Source: an uncultured Gemmatimonadales bacterium (GTDB taxonomy: Bacteria > Gemmatimonadota > Gemmatimonadetes > Gemmatimonadales > GWC2-71-9). From it: a DNA stretch of 64,000 nt. The notes beneath the pieces were generated by a model. It was not told where the DNA came from and did no database searches. It was given only the letters and a program-made list of their open reading frames with translations. Made by a program: the position numbers and the translations under genes. Positions 39,381 to 49,650 of the stretch are shown in pieces. The stretch is taken from positions 448,001 to 512,000 of the forward strand of contig CAWCFX010000006.1 of assembly GCA_963795085.1 (NCBI GenBank), read 5' to 3'. Each line of letters opens with the position of its first letter. The first letter of the stretch is position 1.

Positions 39381-39987
39381 GCCACTCTCCTCCCAGCTGC
39401 CGCTGCCAGTCGCGGTACTGGCCGGCGCTCCCCGGACGGCCGGCGTAGGCGTGGGCATAGAGCTGCCGGACGCTGTCCTCCAGCCGGGCCCGGGAATCCT
39501 CCGCCAGCCTTGCCTCGCGGGCATACTCCCGGGCGGTCTTGCTGGGATGGTAGCGAAGGATGCCCCGGGCATCGAGTCGCAGGACCAGGGCGCTGAACGC
39601 CGCCTGCATCGCTTCCGGGTAGCGGCCCTCGGCGGCCAGCACGTCGGCCAACCGCTGGAACCAGGCGGCATCGCGAACGATCACGGGGGACGGACTCCCG
39701 GCGGGACCTTCGGCGGCGGCGGCGCCGAGCACCGCCTGGTACATGATCCAGCCGCCATGCAGGAAGATGAGCACCAGGATGGCAATGAGCGACCAGAACA
39801 GAACGTCGGCCGCGGCGGGGTTGTTGTCCTTGAGGACGCCGATCCAGTCCACCAGCGCCCGCCAGCCGCGGGCCAGCCACCCCAGTTGAGGCTCGGTCTC
39901 GGTCCACTGGTACGGCGGGGCGCTGAGGACGGTGTCAATCACCGCCCGCAGTGAATCGTCAGTAAGAACCAGGTCCTGGAAGTTCAC
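39364..39987 (-). CDS. DUF4129-domain protein
   Basis: TM, then AEGRYPEAM..HPSKTAREY..YAHAYAG. Confidence 0.8.
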   Translation of the reverse strand: MNFQDLVLTDDSLRAVIDTVLSAPPYQWTETEPQLGWLARGWRALVDWIGVLKDNNPAAADVLFWSLIAILVLIFLHGGWIMYQAVLGAAAAEGPAGSPSPVIVRDAAWFQRLADVLAAEGRYPEAMQAAFSALVLRLDARGILRYHPSKTAREYAREARLAEDSRARLEDSVRQLYAHAYAGRPGSAGQYRDWQRQLGGEWHAALG

Positions 39988-40837
39988 CGATACCAGTCGC
40001 GGGGCCGGAAGGGAGCGTGCGGGCCAGGGAGGACTCGAGCAGTTCGAGGTCGAAACCTTCCTTGCGGACCCGGAGGTCGTAGTATGCCACGGTGAGGGCG
40101 CAATAGAGAAGGGGGTAGATCAGGGTGGAGATAAACTGGCTGGCCAGTTCCCACATGATATCGGCCGTGGAGTAGCCGCCCGGTTGCGGCATGGCCATCC
40201 CGCCGCCCCGGAGCACCATGATCGCGATGGACGGGATCAGGATGATGATCACGACCACCAGCACCAGTCCCAGCATTTTCCAGCGGCTGCCGCGGGTCAG
40301 ATGCCAACTGCGATTGAGCGCCTTGGTCGCGCCGATATCTTCCACCACCAGCGCCGGCGTGGCGACCAGCAGCCCGGTGAAGACCATCACGGCGAGGATC
40401 ATCCCGGGCAGGGAACCGATGGCGATCATGATCTCCGAGCCGGCCGCCAGGCCGGGCAGCAGGGGCGCCAGGACCGCCAGGCCCGCCACCAGCCCCATCA
40501 TCATCGTAAGCAGCACCAGCCGTCCGACGAACCGGCCGGCGAGACGAATGGCCTCTCCTCCCGACATGGTGTTGCCCATGTAGGTCTCCGAGACCAGGAA
40601 GACGGTCGCCGCGGTCGCCAGTGCGCCCAGGACCACGCTCAGGAGGATCACCACGAGATAGAGACCCGCGTTCTCCAGGATTCCGCCGGCCGTCATGAGA
40701 TAGACCATGAGCAGCAGGGGGACCGCGTTCGCCGTCAGGGTAATGACGAGGAGGGGCGCGAATTGCCGCCGGTAGATGGCCAGCGAGTGGTCGATGATCT
40801 CACCGACCCCGAGCGGGCGCAGCATTAGTTCGGCCAT
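39959..40837 (-). CDS. Multi-pass membrane protein (MoxR-cluster associated)
   Basis: LRPLGVGEIID, ALNRSWHLTRG, YYDLRVRKEGFDLE. Confidence 0.8.
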   Translation of the reverse strand: MAELMLRPLGVGEIIDHSLAIYRRQFAPLLVITLTANAVPLLLMVYLMTAGGILENAGLYLVVILLSVVLGALATAATVFLVSETYMGNTMSGGEAIRLAGRFVGRLVLLTMMMGLVAGLAVLAPLLPGLAAGSEIMIAIGSLPGMILAVMVFTGLLVATPALVVEDIGATKALNRSWHLTRGSRWKMLGLVLVVVIIILIPSIAIMVLRGGGMAMPQPGGYSTADIMWELASQFISTLIYPLLYCALTVAYYDLRVRKEGFDLELLESSLARTLPSGPATGIGELPGPGSY

Positions 40838-40939
40838 GGGGCTTCCGGGATAGATGGAGAGGTGCACCAGTTTGGTTCCGGAACAGGAATGGCGCAAGAC
40901 CGGCCTTTCGGGTCCGCCGTCCGTCGGGTAGAATGCCTC

Positions 40940-42751
40940 ATGCCCTTTCGCCGCGATGCGCCCCCTTCTCCCCCCGACCTGTACCAGCACCACGAGATCG
41001 AAACACCGGAGAATGTCATCCTCGACTACGAGGTGGCGGGTATCGGGTCCCGGGTGCTGGCCGCCTTCCTGGACATCCTGGTCCTGCTGGCCTGGATTCT
41101 CGGTGTCTCGGTCTTTCTGCAACTGGTTGACCTGACCGACTTCTTCGGCTCCTGGCTGGAGGCGATCTACCTGCTCGTCGCGATGCTGGCCTACTGGGGC
41201 TACTTCACCTTCTTCGAAGCCCTGCGCTTCGGACAGACCCCGGGAAAACGGCGGCTGGGCATCCGCGTGGTACGGGACACCGGGCACCCGATCACCTTCG
41301 GCGCGGCCGGCGCGCGGGGCCTGCTCCGGGGCATCGACCTGTTCCCTCCCCTGCTGCTGGTCGATGCCCTGCTCATCGCGCTGCACCCCCGGGCCAAGCG
41401 GCTGGGCGACCTGGTGGCCGGTACCATCGTCGTACGGGACCAGCCGGTGGAAGCCTCGATGCCGGTGATGCCGCTCCCGCCCGAAGAAGCAACCGGAGCC
41501 CCCGAGCTGGACGAGGACGAGTTCCGGGTGCTCCGCCAGTACGTCGAGCGGGCGTCAGGATTCACGCCTGAGCTCCGGGCCCGGTTTGCCGCCCGGCTGG
41601 CGGAGCGTTTTGCCTCCCGGTTTCCCGCCCGGGCGGTGGCGCCGGCCGCGTTCCTGACCCACCTGTACCAGCTGGAATTCGGCCGCCGGCGGAGCCGGTT
41701 CGCCACCGCGCGGCGAGGATCCGCCAGCACCGCCGACCGCATGGTGGCGAGAAAGGCGCCTCGCTGGGAGGAGTTTCGGCGGCTGGCCGACCGGGCGGCG
41801 CGGACCGGGCTCGACAGCCTGGGCGCCGGAGAGCTCCCCGACTTTGCGGCGCGCTATCGCGAGGTGGCCGCGGACCTGGCCCGGGCCCGGACCTACCGGG
41901 CCCCGCTTTCCATTCGTAATCAACTGGAGCGGCTGGTCGCGGCCGGACATAACGTGCTTTACCGCGATGAGCGGAAGACCGCGGCGCGGGTGTGGGAGAT
42001 TCTCATGCGGGAGTGCCCGGCCGCGGTGCTGCAGAGCTGGCGGTACGTCCTGCTCGCCGTGCTCACCTTCGGCGCGCCCATCGCGGCCGGGTACCTCGTG
42101 TTGCGGGAGCAGCCGGACCTGGCCCAGGTGGTCCTGCCGGATGGCATGCTGCGCCGGGCTGAAGCCGGCGTGGAGCGGCAGGAGGCGGGACTCGGCTACT
42201 ATGCGGCCGACCCGGAGCGGCAGGCGGCGGAGGCGTCGTTCATCATCAGCAACAACGTGCGGGTGGCGTTTCTCTGCTTCGCCGGCGGCGCGCTGGTGGG
42301 GGTGGGGTCGCTCCTGCTGCTCGCCTTCAACGGCCTCGCGATCGGCACCACCTTCGGCCACTTCGCCAACCTCGGCCTCTTCGGCTACATCGGGGCCTTC
42401 GTGACCGGCCATGGCACCCTGGAGCTGTTCGCCATCTGCGTCGCCGGCGCCGCGGGGTTCCTGCTGGGCAAGTCCATGATCGCGCCGGGCGACCTGGCGA
42501 GGGGCGACGCCCTGGTGCTGAACGGGCGCATCGCGGTACGGATGGTCGGGGCGGTCGTGATGATGCTCGCGGTGGCGGGAACCATCGAAGGCTTCGTTTC
42601 CACGGGAACCGGGGGAATGACCTACCGGCTGGCCCTGGGCGGCGCCAGCGTGCTCTTCCTGGTGCTCTATCTCCTCAACGGCGCCAGATACCTCCGCCAT
42701 TCCGCAGCCGAGCGATCTGCCGCCGGCCAGGCCAGAACCAGGCCGGCGTAG
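40940..42751 (+). CDS. RDD-family plus SpoIIM (DUF95) fusion membrane protein
   Basis: IETPENV, GSRVLAAFLD, GQTPGKR, KRLGDLVAGT (RDD); YREVAADLARART, NNVRVAF, HGTLEL, IEGFVS (SpoIIM-like). Confidence 0.9.
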   Translation: MPFRRDAPPSPPDLYQHHEIETPENVILDYEVAGIGSRVLAAFLDILVLLAWILGVSVFLQLVDLTDFFGSWLEAIYLLVAMLAYWGYFTFFEALRFGQTPGKRRLGIRVVRDTGHPITFGAAGARGLLRGIDLFPPLLLVDALLIALHPRAKRLGDLVAGTIVVRDQPVEASMPVMPLPPEEATGAPELDEDEFRVLRQYVERASGFTPELRARFAARLAERFASRFPARAVAPAAFLTHLYQLEFGRRRSRFATARRGSASTADRMVARKAPRWEEFRRLADRAARTGLDSLGAGELPDFAARYREVAADLARARTYRAPLSIRNQLERLVAAGHNVLYRDERKTAARVWEILMRECPAAVLQSWRYVLLAVLTFGAPIAAGYLVLREQPDLAQVVLPDGMLRRAEAGVERQEAGLGYYAADPERQAAEASFIISNNVRVAFLCFAGGALVGVGSLLLLAFNGLAIGTTFGHFANLGLFGYIGAFVTGHGTLELFAICVAGAAGFLLGKSMIAPGDLARGDALVLNGRIAVRMVGAVVMMLAVAGTIEGFVSTGTGGMTYRLALGGASVLFLVLYLLNGARYLRHSAAERSAAGQARTRPA

Positions 42752-42823
42752 ATGGGCTCCCGCGGCCGGACACCAGCCGGCTGGGCGACGGCTGCCGCAC
42801 CCGGATGCAGCGGCTCCGCACTC

Positions 42824-43045
42824 CTAGTTTTCCCGGAGGATCGAGCGCATCCGCACCGCTAACGCTTCGATCTCGCGCAGGCTCGCGACGGTCTCGGCGT
42901 CCAGTTGGGACTCGTTGAGAAGAAGCAGTTGGGTCTCCGCCAGGAGGGCGGAAAGTGGATTCGAGATGTCGTGCCGCAGCTTGTTGATCCGCTCGACTTC
43001 GGTCATACCCCCCCGGGTGAAAGGGACGGGAGTGAGGAGAGCCAT
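42824..43045 (-). CDS. Stand-alone HisKA (DHp) domain protein
   Basis: LRHDISNPLSALLAETQLL H-box; no ATPase domain; start 43045 or 43006. Confidence 0.7.
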   Translation of the reverse strand: MALLTPVPFTRGGMTEVERINKLRHDISNPLSALLAETQLLLLNESQLDAETVASLREIEALAVRMRSILREN

Positions 43046-43074
43046 TAGCCAGTGCCTACAAGTGAATCATTCTC

Positions 43075-43359
43075 CTATACCAGGGACCGGTACAGATCCC
43101 GCAGGTGATGTTCACGCAGGTCCCGCACCGACTGCCAGAGATCCTGTTGCGACTGGCCACAGAAGATTTCCGCGGTCTCCCGCTCGGTGCTGGCGCCGGG
43201 ATCCGAGAAATGCAGCCGCCCGCGCCAGACGCCGTCGTCGGCCTGCCGCACGCTCAACTTGAGAAGAAGATTGGAACCGTCGAAACGGAGGGGAGGCAGT
43301 TCGTGGATGACGGGCTCGCGGGGATCACTCGGCTGATGGCGGAGGGTCTGTGCTGTCAT
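43075..43359 (-). CDS. Small hypothetical protein
   Basis: GAGG RBS; DGVWRGRLHF..RETAEIFCG..LRDLYRSL. Confidence 0.75.
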   Translation of the reverse strand: MTAQTLRHQPSDPREPVIHELPPLRFDGSNLLLKLSVRQADDGVWRGRLHFSDPGASTERETAEIFCGQSQQDLWQSVRDLREHHLRDLYRSLV

Positions 43360-43537
43360 GCACGTCCTCTCAGAGTGGGCTCAAAGAAACCGCGGGGAAA
43401 GTTGTGCCAAACGCTGAACCTAAGATAACACATAGGGTTAGGAGCGCAATACATCGGAAGCGGCTCGCCAGCAGTATCCCGTAGGTCTGGATGATTGCCC
43501 CCACGCCAAAGGCACCCTGCACGCTGGACTCTGCACT

Positions 43538-44707
43538 TCAAATCACAAACGGCACCGGCACAAAGGTCAGCACAAAGATGACGATGCAGGCCCATGCGAC
43601 TAAGTGTCGGCTCCTGGGCACCGGCCGGGCCGGCGCCATGACCGAGGGGTGGCTCACCCGCCCCCCGCCCAGCATCAGGGCGAGGACCACCCACACATAC
43701 CAGGTCCAATGGTACTGGGCCAGCACCACCAGCCCGGCCAGGGTCAGCAGGCCCATGAGCGACTGCTTCCGCCCCAGCAATCCGTAGAGCACGTGTCCGC
43801 CATCCAGCTGGCTCAAGGGGAGAAGATTGAGGCCGGTGATGAACATGCCGACCCAGCCGGCAAAGGCCGGCAGGCTGAGGTGCAGGGCTTCGGCCTGGGG
43901 AAAGAAGAAATCGCGGAAGGCCTGGGTCAGGAGGGAATCGCCCAGGGCGATCGTCTGCCCTGCATACATCACATAGGTCGCGCTGGTCTCCAGGCCGTAG
44001 GGCACCTGTTCCGAGGTGAGGTAGCCCCAGACCATGACGCCGAGTGCCACCACGAACCCCGCGATCGGGCCGGCGGCGCCGACGTCCAGCAGTTGGCGCC
44101 GGTCCAGCACCGGGGAGCGGAGCCGGATAAAGGCGCCCAGGCTGCCGATGGGCGACACGGTCGGGGGGATCGGCAGGAAATAGGGCGGGGAGGTGTCGAT
44201 CACGTAGCGGCGGGCGGCGAAGTAATGTCCCAGCTCGTGGACCAGCAGGATGGCCAGCAGCGGCAGCGCGAACGACCAGCCGGACAGCACGTCGCGCCAG
44301 TCGCCGGACCACATGTCGAGGAAGAACTGGGCCCCGGCCTGGATCATCCCGGCGATGGCGAACACGATCCGGCCCAGCAGGTTCTGGGAGACCGGGGAGG
44401 GGGCCTGGGGCGGGATCCACGCCCCGGCGAGCATGGCGCCGGCCCCCAGGGTGCACAGGATGGTGATCGAGATCAGGACCAGGTGCAGGAACCAGGGTTC
44501 CCGGCGGCCTTTGGCCGTCTCCCGGATGAGGATGAGGTGGCCATGGTCCACCGAGGGCCAGTAGTGGGCGCCTTTCCAGCCCTTGAGCGCCTCGGCCAAC
44601 TGGGCGGAGGGGCCCCGGTGCTCCGGGGCCACGATGGCGTCCACGATTTCCCGGGTTCCCGCCTGTACCACCCGCCAGGCGGCAAAGGTGGGAGTCAGCT
44701 GTTGCAT
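43538..44707 (-). CDS. Site-2 protease (M50 family)
   Basis: HELGH, AGP, NLLPLSQLDGGH. Confidence 0.93.
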   Translation of the reverse strand: MQQLTPTFAAWRVVQAGTREIVDAIVAPEHRGPSAQLAEALKGWKGAHYWPSVDHGHLILIRETAKGRREPWFLHLVLISITILCTLGAGAMLAGAWIPPQAPSPVSQNLLGRIVFAIAGMIQAGAQFFLDMWSGDWRDVLSGWSFALPLLAILLVHELGHYFAARRYVIDTSPPYFLPIPPTVSPIGSLGAFIRLRSPVLDRRQLLDVGAAGPIAGFVVALGVMVWGYLTSEQVPYGLETSATYVMYAGQTIALGDSLLTQAFRDFFFPQAEALHLSLPAFAGWVGMFITGLNLLPLSQLDGGHVLYGLLGRKQSLMGLLTLAGLVVLAQYHWTWYVWVVLALMLGGGRVSHPSVMAPARPVPRSRHLVAWACIVIFVLTFVPVPFVI

Positions 44708-44716
44708 GCATGCCCC

Positions 44717-44745
44717 TTGACGCCGCGCAGGCCGGTTTCTATCAT
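44717..44745 (+). promoter_or_regulatory. Sigma70-type promoter of rho
   Basis: TTGACG-N17-TATCAT. Confidence 0.7.
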
Positions 44746-44911
44746 AAGGCGCTTCCTCAACCCTGGTATCTCCCCGGACACATCGATCCGCCCCGTCCCA
44801 GAGTTCCGGGAATTTTACCCATAGTCGAGTCTAATCCGAGCACCTTCCCCTCCCGAATATCAGGCCGCGTCCAGCGGCTGGATCTTCTCTCCTGCATGGA
44901 GCCGTGGTCCC

Positions 44912-46159
44912 GTGGATATCGCTGAACTGAAACAGAAATCCGTCGCCGAGTTGCACGCGCTCGCCGAGCAACTCAACATCACCAACTACTCCGGCCTTCG
45001 CAAGCAGGACCTGATCTTCCGCATCGAGCAGTCGCTGCTCGACCAGGACACGGTCATCCGCGGGGAGGGAGTGCTGGAGATCCTGCCCGAGGGGTATGGG
45101 TTCCTGCGCAGCCAGGACTGGAACTACCTCTACGGGCCTGACGATATCTACGTGAGCCCGAGCCAGATCAAGCGGTTCGACTTGCGAACCGGCGACACGG
45201 TGAACGGGCAGGTGCGGCCGCCCAAGGAGGGCGAGCGGTACCTGGCGCTGCTCAAGGTCGAGAGCGTCAACTTCGAGGAGCCGGAAAAAACCAAGCACCG
45301 GATTGCGTTCGACAACCTGCGGCCGCGCTATCCGGACGCGCGGATCCGGCTGGAGCGGAAGACCGGCGATCTCTCCATGCGGGTGGTGGACCTGCTCTCG
45401 CCGATCGGCAAGGGCCAGCGCGGCCTGATCGTCGCCCCGCCCAAGGCCGGCAAGACCATCCTGATGCAAAAGCTGGCCAATGCGATCAGCGAGAACCACC
45501 CCGAGATCACCCTCATCGTCCTGCTCATCGACGAGCGGCCCGAAGAAGTCACCGACATGCAGGAAAACGTCAAGGCGGAGGTCATTTCCTCCACCTTCGA
45601 CGAGCCGGCCGACCGCCATGTCCAGGTGGCCGATATGGTCATCGAGAAGTCCAAGCGGCTGGTGGAGCACGGCAAGGACGTGGTCATCCTGCTGGACTCC
45701 ATCACCCGGCTGGCCCGGGCCCATAACGTGGTGGTGCCGCACTCGGGCAAGATCCTCTCCGGCGGCGTGGACGCCAACGCGCTCCAGAAACCGAAGCGCT
45801 TCTTCGGGGCGGCCCGGAACATCGATGGCGGCGGCAGCCTCACCATCATCGCGACCGCCCTGGTGGACACCGGCAGCCGGATGGACGAGGTGATCTTCGA
45901 AGAGTTCAAGGGGACCGGCAACATGGAACTGGTCCTCGACCGGCGCCTGGCCGACCGCCGGATCTACCCCGCCATCGACATCCAGCGCACCAGCACCCGG
46001 AAGGAAGAGCTCCTCATGGACAAGGACGAGCTCAACCGGGTGTACCTGCTCCGGAATTTCCTCGCCGACATGCCCCCGGTCGAAGCCATCGAGTTCCTGC
46101 TGGAACGGATGAAGCGGACCAAGAACAACAAGGAGTTCTTCGCGACGATGGCGCAGTAA
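44912..46159 (+). CDS. rho: Transcription termination factor Rho
   Basis: [44 protein letters not shown]. Confidence 0.98.
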   Translation: MDIAELKQKSVAELHALAEQLNITNYSGLRKQDLIFRIEQSLLDQDTVIRGEGVLEILPEGYGFLRSQDWNYLYGPDDIYVSPSQIKRFDLRTGDTVNGQVRPPKEGERYLALLKVESVNFEEPEKTKHRIAFDNLRPRYPDARIRLERKTGDLSMRVVDLLSPIGKGQRGLIVAPPKAGKTILMQKLANAISENHPEITLIVLLIDERPEEVTDMQENVKAEVISSTFDEPADRHVQVADMVIEKSKRLVEHGKDVVILLDSITRLARAHNVVVPHSGKILSGGVDANALQKPKRFFGAARNIDGGGSLTIIATALVDTGSRMDEVIFEEFKGTGNMELVLDRRLADRRIYPAIDIQRTSTRKEELLMDKDELNRVYLLRNFLADMPPVEAIEFLLERMKRTKNNKEFFATMAQ

Positions 46160-46164
46160 CGGCA

Positions 46165-46316
46165 CGTGCAGCGTGGAGCGTACCGCGGACGGCGGATGGC
46201 GGACGGCGCGGTGACCTTTCGGGGGCACGCTGCACCCTGCACGCTTTCACGCTGTACGCTGTACGTTGCACGCTGCACGCGGCACGCTGTACGCGGCACG
46301 CTGCACCCTGCACTTC
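46165..46316. repeat. Heptamer array (about 13 x GCACGCT-like) with short inverted copies upstream
   Basis: Units at 46225-46316; gtgcagcgtggagcgtac upstream is the inverted form. Confidence 0.85.
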
Positions 46317-46320
46317 CATC

Positions 46321-46761
46321 ATGACCCTTCCCGTCCAGGGCCGTCTCCTCGCCCTCGACTGGGGCCAGCTCCGCATCGGCATCGCGCTGAGCGACGAAAC
46401 CCAGTTGCTCGCCTCTCCGCTCACCACCCTGGTCCGCCGGGCGGGCAAGCGTTTCCCCATGCCGCCCTTTCTCGAGCTGGTCGGCGCCCATGAGCCGGTC
46501 GGCCTGCTGGTCGGGCTGCCTCTCTCCCTTGAGGGCGGCGAGACCGACCACTCCCGGGAAGCGCGCGACCTGGCCGCCCACGTCGGAGAGCGGACCGGCC
46601 TGCCGGTGGAAATGTGGGACGAACGGCTGAGCACCGTGAAGGCCCTCAACAGCATCCGGGAGCAGGAGGGGTCGGTGCGGGGCCGGCGCGAGGAGGTGGA
46701 CGCCCTCGCCGCCTCGGTGGTGCTGCAGCATTTCCTCGACGCCCGGCGGATGCACCGGTGA
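46321..46761 (+). CDS. ruvX: RuvX/YqgF pre-16S rRNA nuclease
   Basis: LALDWG..RIGIALSD, VGLP, DERLST, DALAASVVLQ. Confidence 0.95.
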   Translation: MTLPVQGRLLALDWGQLRIGIALSDETQLLASPLTTLVRRAGKRFPMPPFLELVGAHEPVGLLVGLPLSLEGGETDHSREARDLAAHVGERTGLPVEMWDERLSTVKALNSIREQEGSVRGRREEVDALAASVVLQHFLDARRMHR

Positions 46762-47762
46762 AGCCCCGCGGCTGCCTGCTGACGCTGCTGGCCGCGCTGC
46801 TTCTGGCCGGCGGACTGTATCTCCTCACCTTTGCGCCGGCCCAACCGGGCGGAACCCCCGCCCGGGTCGTCATCGCCCCCGGCACCACGTTCGGCGAGGT
46901 TACCGATACGCTGGTCGCCCGGGGCGTGGTCACGCATGCCACCTGGTTCAAACTGCTGGCCCGGGTCCGCGGCCTCGACCGGTCGGTGCAGGCCGGCGCC
47001 TACGAGTTCCAGCCCGGAGAATCCGCCTGGCGGGTGCTCAACACCCTGCGTTCCGGCCGCACCGCCTCCACCCGGTTCACGGTGCCGGAGGGACTCACCC
47101 TCCGGGAGATTGCCGCGCTCGCCAGCGCCAAGCTGGGATTGCCGGCCGAGTCGGTCCTCGCCGCCGCCCGGGATCCCATGGAGATCGCGAGCTTCGGCCT
47201 CACCGCCCAGAGCCTGGAGGGGTTCCTCTATCCGGAGACCTACCAGATCCCGGTGGGGAGCGGCGCCCGGGATCTGGTACGGATCATGGCGCGGGGATTC
47301 CTCGACGCATGGAAACCGGAATGGGATGGCCGCCTGGAAGAGATGGGCTTCACCCGGCTCCAGGCGGTCACCCTGGCCTCCATCGTGGAAGGAGAGGCGC
47401 GGGTGGACGAGGAACGGGAGACGATCGCCGGGGTGTATCACAACCGGCTCCGTATCGGCATGGCGCTCCAGGCCGATCCCACCGTGAACTACGCTATCGA
47501 GCAGCGCACCGGGCAGGCCAAGAACCGGCTCTTCGAACGCGATTACCAGACACCGTCGCCCTATAACACCTACCTGCACCCGGGGCTGCCACCCGGCCCG
47601 GTCAACAGCCCCGGGTTCCGGAGCCTCGAGGCCACCCTCTACCCGGCCGATGTGCCCTACCTCTATTTCGTGGCGGGAAGCGGAGGCCGGCACACCTTCA
47701 CCCGGACTTACGAGGAGCACCTCCGCGCGGTGGCCCAGCGCCGGCGGGAGCAGGGCCGCTAG
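46758..47762 (+). CDS. mltG: Endolytic transglycosylase MltG
   Basis: TVPEG, LEGFLYPETY, ASIVEGE, LQADPT, SPYNTY, GLPPGPVNSPG. Confidence 0.95.
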   Translation: MKPRGCLLTLLAALLLAGGLYLLTFAPAQPGGTPARVVIAPGTTFGEVTDTLVARGVVTHATWFKLLARVRGLDRSVQAGAYEFQPGESAWRVLNTLRSGRTASTRFTVPEGLTLREIAALASAKLGLPAESVLAAARDPMEIASFGLTAQSLEGFLYPETYQIPVGSGARDLVRIMARGFLDAWKPEWDGRLEEMGFTRLQAVTLASIVEGEARVDEERETIAGVYHNRLRIGMALQADPTVNYAIEQRTGQAKNRLFERDYQTPSPYNTYLHPGLPPGPVNSPGFRSLEATLYPADVPYLYFVAGSGGRHTFTRTYEEHLRAVAQRRREQGR

Positions 47763-48376
47763 CCAGCGCCGCCGCGTACTCCCGCGCGGCCGCCTCCGGA
47801 TCGGAGGCGCCGAGGATGCCGGACACCACCGCGATTCCGCTCGCGCCGGTCTCGAGAACCTCCCCCACATCCGCGGGCCGAACGCCGCCGATCGCAATCA
47901 CCGGGACCCGGGCCAGCGCCGCGATCCGCCGGAGTCCGGGGCCGCCCAGGGCCTCACCCGCGTCGGCCTTGGTGACGGTGCCGCGAAAGGGCCCGATGCC
48001 CCAGTAGTCCGCCATGCCGCTGGCGGCCGCCTCGGCCTCGCCGCCGACGCTGGCCCCGACGATAAACCCCGGCGGCGCCAGCTTCCTCGCCAGCTCCACC
48101 GACACGTCTCCGGGCCCGAGGTGCACCCCTGCCCCCTCGCCCGCCAGGGCGACATCCAGCCGGTCGTTCACCAGGATCGGGACATCCACCTCACCCTGCA
48201 GCCGGCGCAACAGGGCCACCAGTTCCCGGGGCGTTGCCCGCTTCAATCGCAGCTGGATGGCAGTCACTCCCCCCCCCCACCGCCGCCCGGCAGAGCGGCA
48301 CCAGGTCCCTCCCGGCGAGCAACCGGTCGTCGGTGACGAGCACGAGTCGAAGGGTGGAGGCTAGATTGGGAAGCAT
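47698..48376 (-). pseudogene. thiE: Thiamine-phosphate synthase, frameshifted at a G10 tract (48269-48278)
   Basis: LVLVTD in one frame; IQLRLK, LVNDRLDVA, GVHLG, TVTKAD, AIGG in the other. Confidence 0.85.
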
Positions 48377-48442
48377 CGTGGAATAATAGCGGCAGCGATC
48401 ATCCATCTATTCATCGGCCATTTTCGCCGATACCGTCATCCC

Positions 48443-49603
48443 ATGCCACTCGCCACCATCCGAGTCTCCAATCGCGGCGCCGCGCGCTGGGTCCGGGGCC
48501 ATCCCTGGATCTACAAGAGCGACGTGGTCGGCGCGACCCCCGATGCCGGCCTGGTCCTGGTCGAGGATCCCACCGGCAGGTTCGTCGGCCAGGCGCTCTG
48601 CTCCCCCCGTTCCGAGATCCGGCTGCGGCTGCTGGAACCCACCGGCCGGACAGTGGACCGCGGCTGGTGGCGGGAGCGGCTGGCCCAGGCCGCCGCCCGC
48701 CGGGCGGGCATCACCGACTCCGGCTACCGCCTGGTCCACGGCGAAGCCGACGGACTCCCTTCGCTCATCGTGGACCGCTACGACCGCTGGCTGGTGGCGC
48801 AGCTGCTCTCCGCGGGGCTGGAGACCCGGCGCGAGGATATCGTGGCGGCCCTGGCCGAGGAGTTCCAGCCCGATGGTATTCTGCTCCGGAACGATGCGCC
48901 GGTGCGCCGGCATGAGGGCCTGCCGGAGGAAGTCGGGCTGGCCCACGGCAGCGTGCCGCAGGCGATCGAGATCACCGAAGGCTCCATCCGCTACCTGGCC
49001 GCACCGTGGACCGGCCAGAAGACCGGGGCGTTCCTGGACCAGCGCCCCAACCGGATCCTGGCCGAGGAGTTCACCCGTCCCGGCGGCGAGGCGCTCGACT
49101 GTTTTGCCTATCACGGGTCCTTTGCGCTGCACCTGGCCCGGCGGGCCGGCCAGGTCCTCGCCCTGGACGCGAGCGCCGACGCGGTGGCGCGGGGTGCCGA
49201 GAACGCGGCATTGAACGGCATCGGCAACATCGAATGGAAGACGGGAAATGCGTTCGAGGTGCTGCGGGACCTTGAACACCGCCGCCGCCATTTCGACACC
49301 GTGGTGCTGGACCCGCCCGCCTTTGCGAAGGCCCGTTCCGCCCTCTCCGGCGCCTTGCGCGGCTACCGGGAGATCAACCTGCGGGGGCTCCGGATCCTCA
49401 AGCCGGGAGGTATCCTGCTCACCGCCTCCTGCTCCTTTCACGTCTCCCGGCCGCAGTTCCTCCAGGTGCTGTCAGAAGCGGCGGCCGACAGCGGCCGCCG
49501 GGTCACCCTGCTCCAGGTCCTGGGCCAGGGCATCGACCATCCGGAGGTGCTGACGATTCCGGAGACCGGCTACCTCAAGGGCGCCGTCCTCCGGGTGGAT
49601 TAA
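48443..49603 (+). CDS. rlmI: RlmI-like (PUA plus SAM) rRNA methyltransferase
   Basis: GHPWIY, RLVHGEADGLP, GQKTGAFLDQR, LDPPAF, SCS, YLKG. Confidence 0.88.
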   Translation: MPLATIRVSNRGAARWVRGHPWIYKSDVVGATPDAGLVLVEDPTGRFVGQALCSPRSEIRLRLLEPTGRTVDRGWWRERLAQAAARRAGITDSGYRLVHGEADGLPSLIVDRYDRWLVAQLLSAGLETRREDIVAALAEEFQPDGILLRNDAPVRRHEGLPEEVGLAHGSVPQAIEITEGSIRYLAAPWTGQKTGAFLDQRPNRILAEEFTRPGGEALDCFAYHGSFALHLARRAGQVLALDASADAVARGAENAALNGIGNIEWKTGNAFEVLRDLEHRRRHFDTVVLDPPAFAKARSALSGALRGYREINLRGLRILKPGGILLTASCSFHVSRPQFLQVLSEAAADSGRRVTLLQVLGQGIDHPEVLTIPETGYLKGAVLRVD

Positions 49604-49650
49604 ACCTGTGCATTGACGGACGGCGGGCTTCCTACGAGTTTTTACTCGGA

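Noticed and set aside
43395..43410. Sigma54 promoter TGGCAC on the minus strand
   Set aside because: The -12 TTGC element is absent
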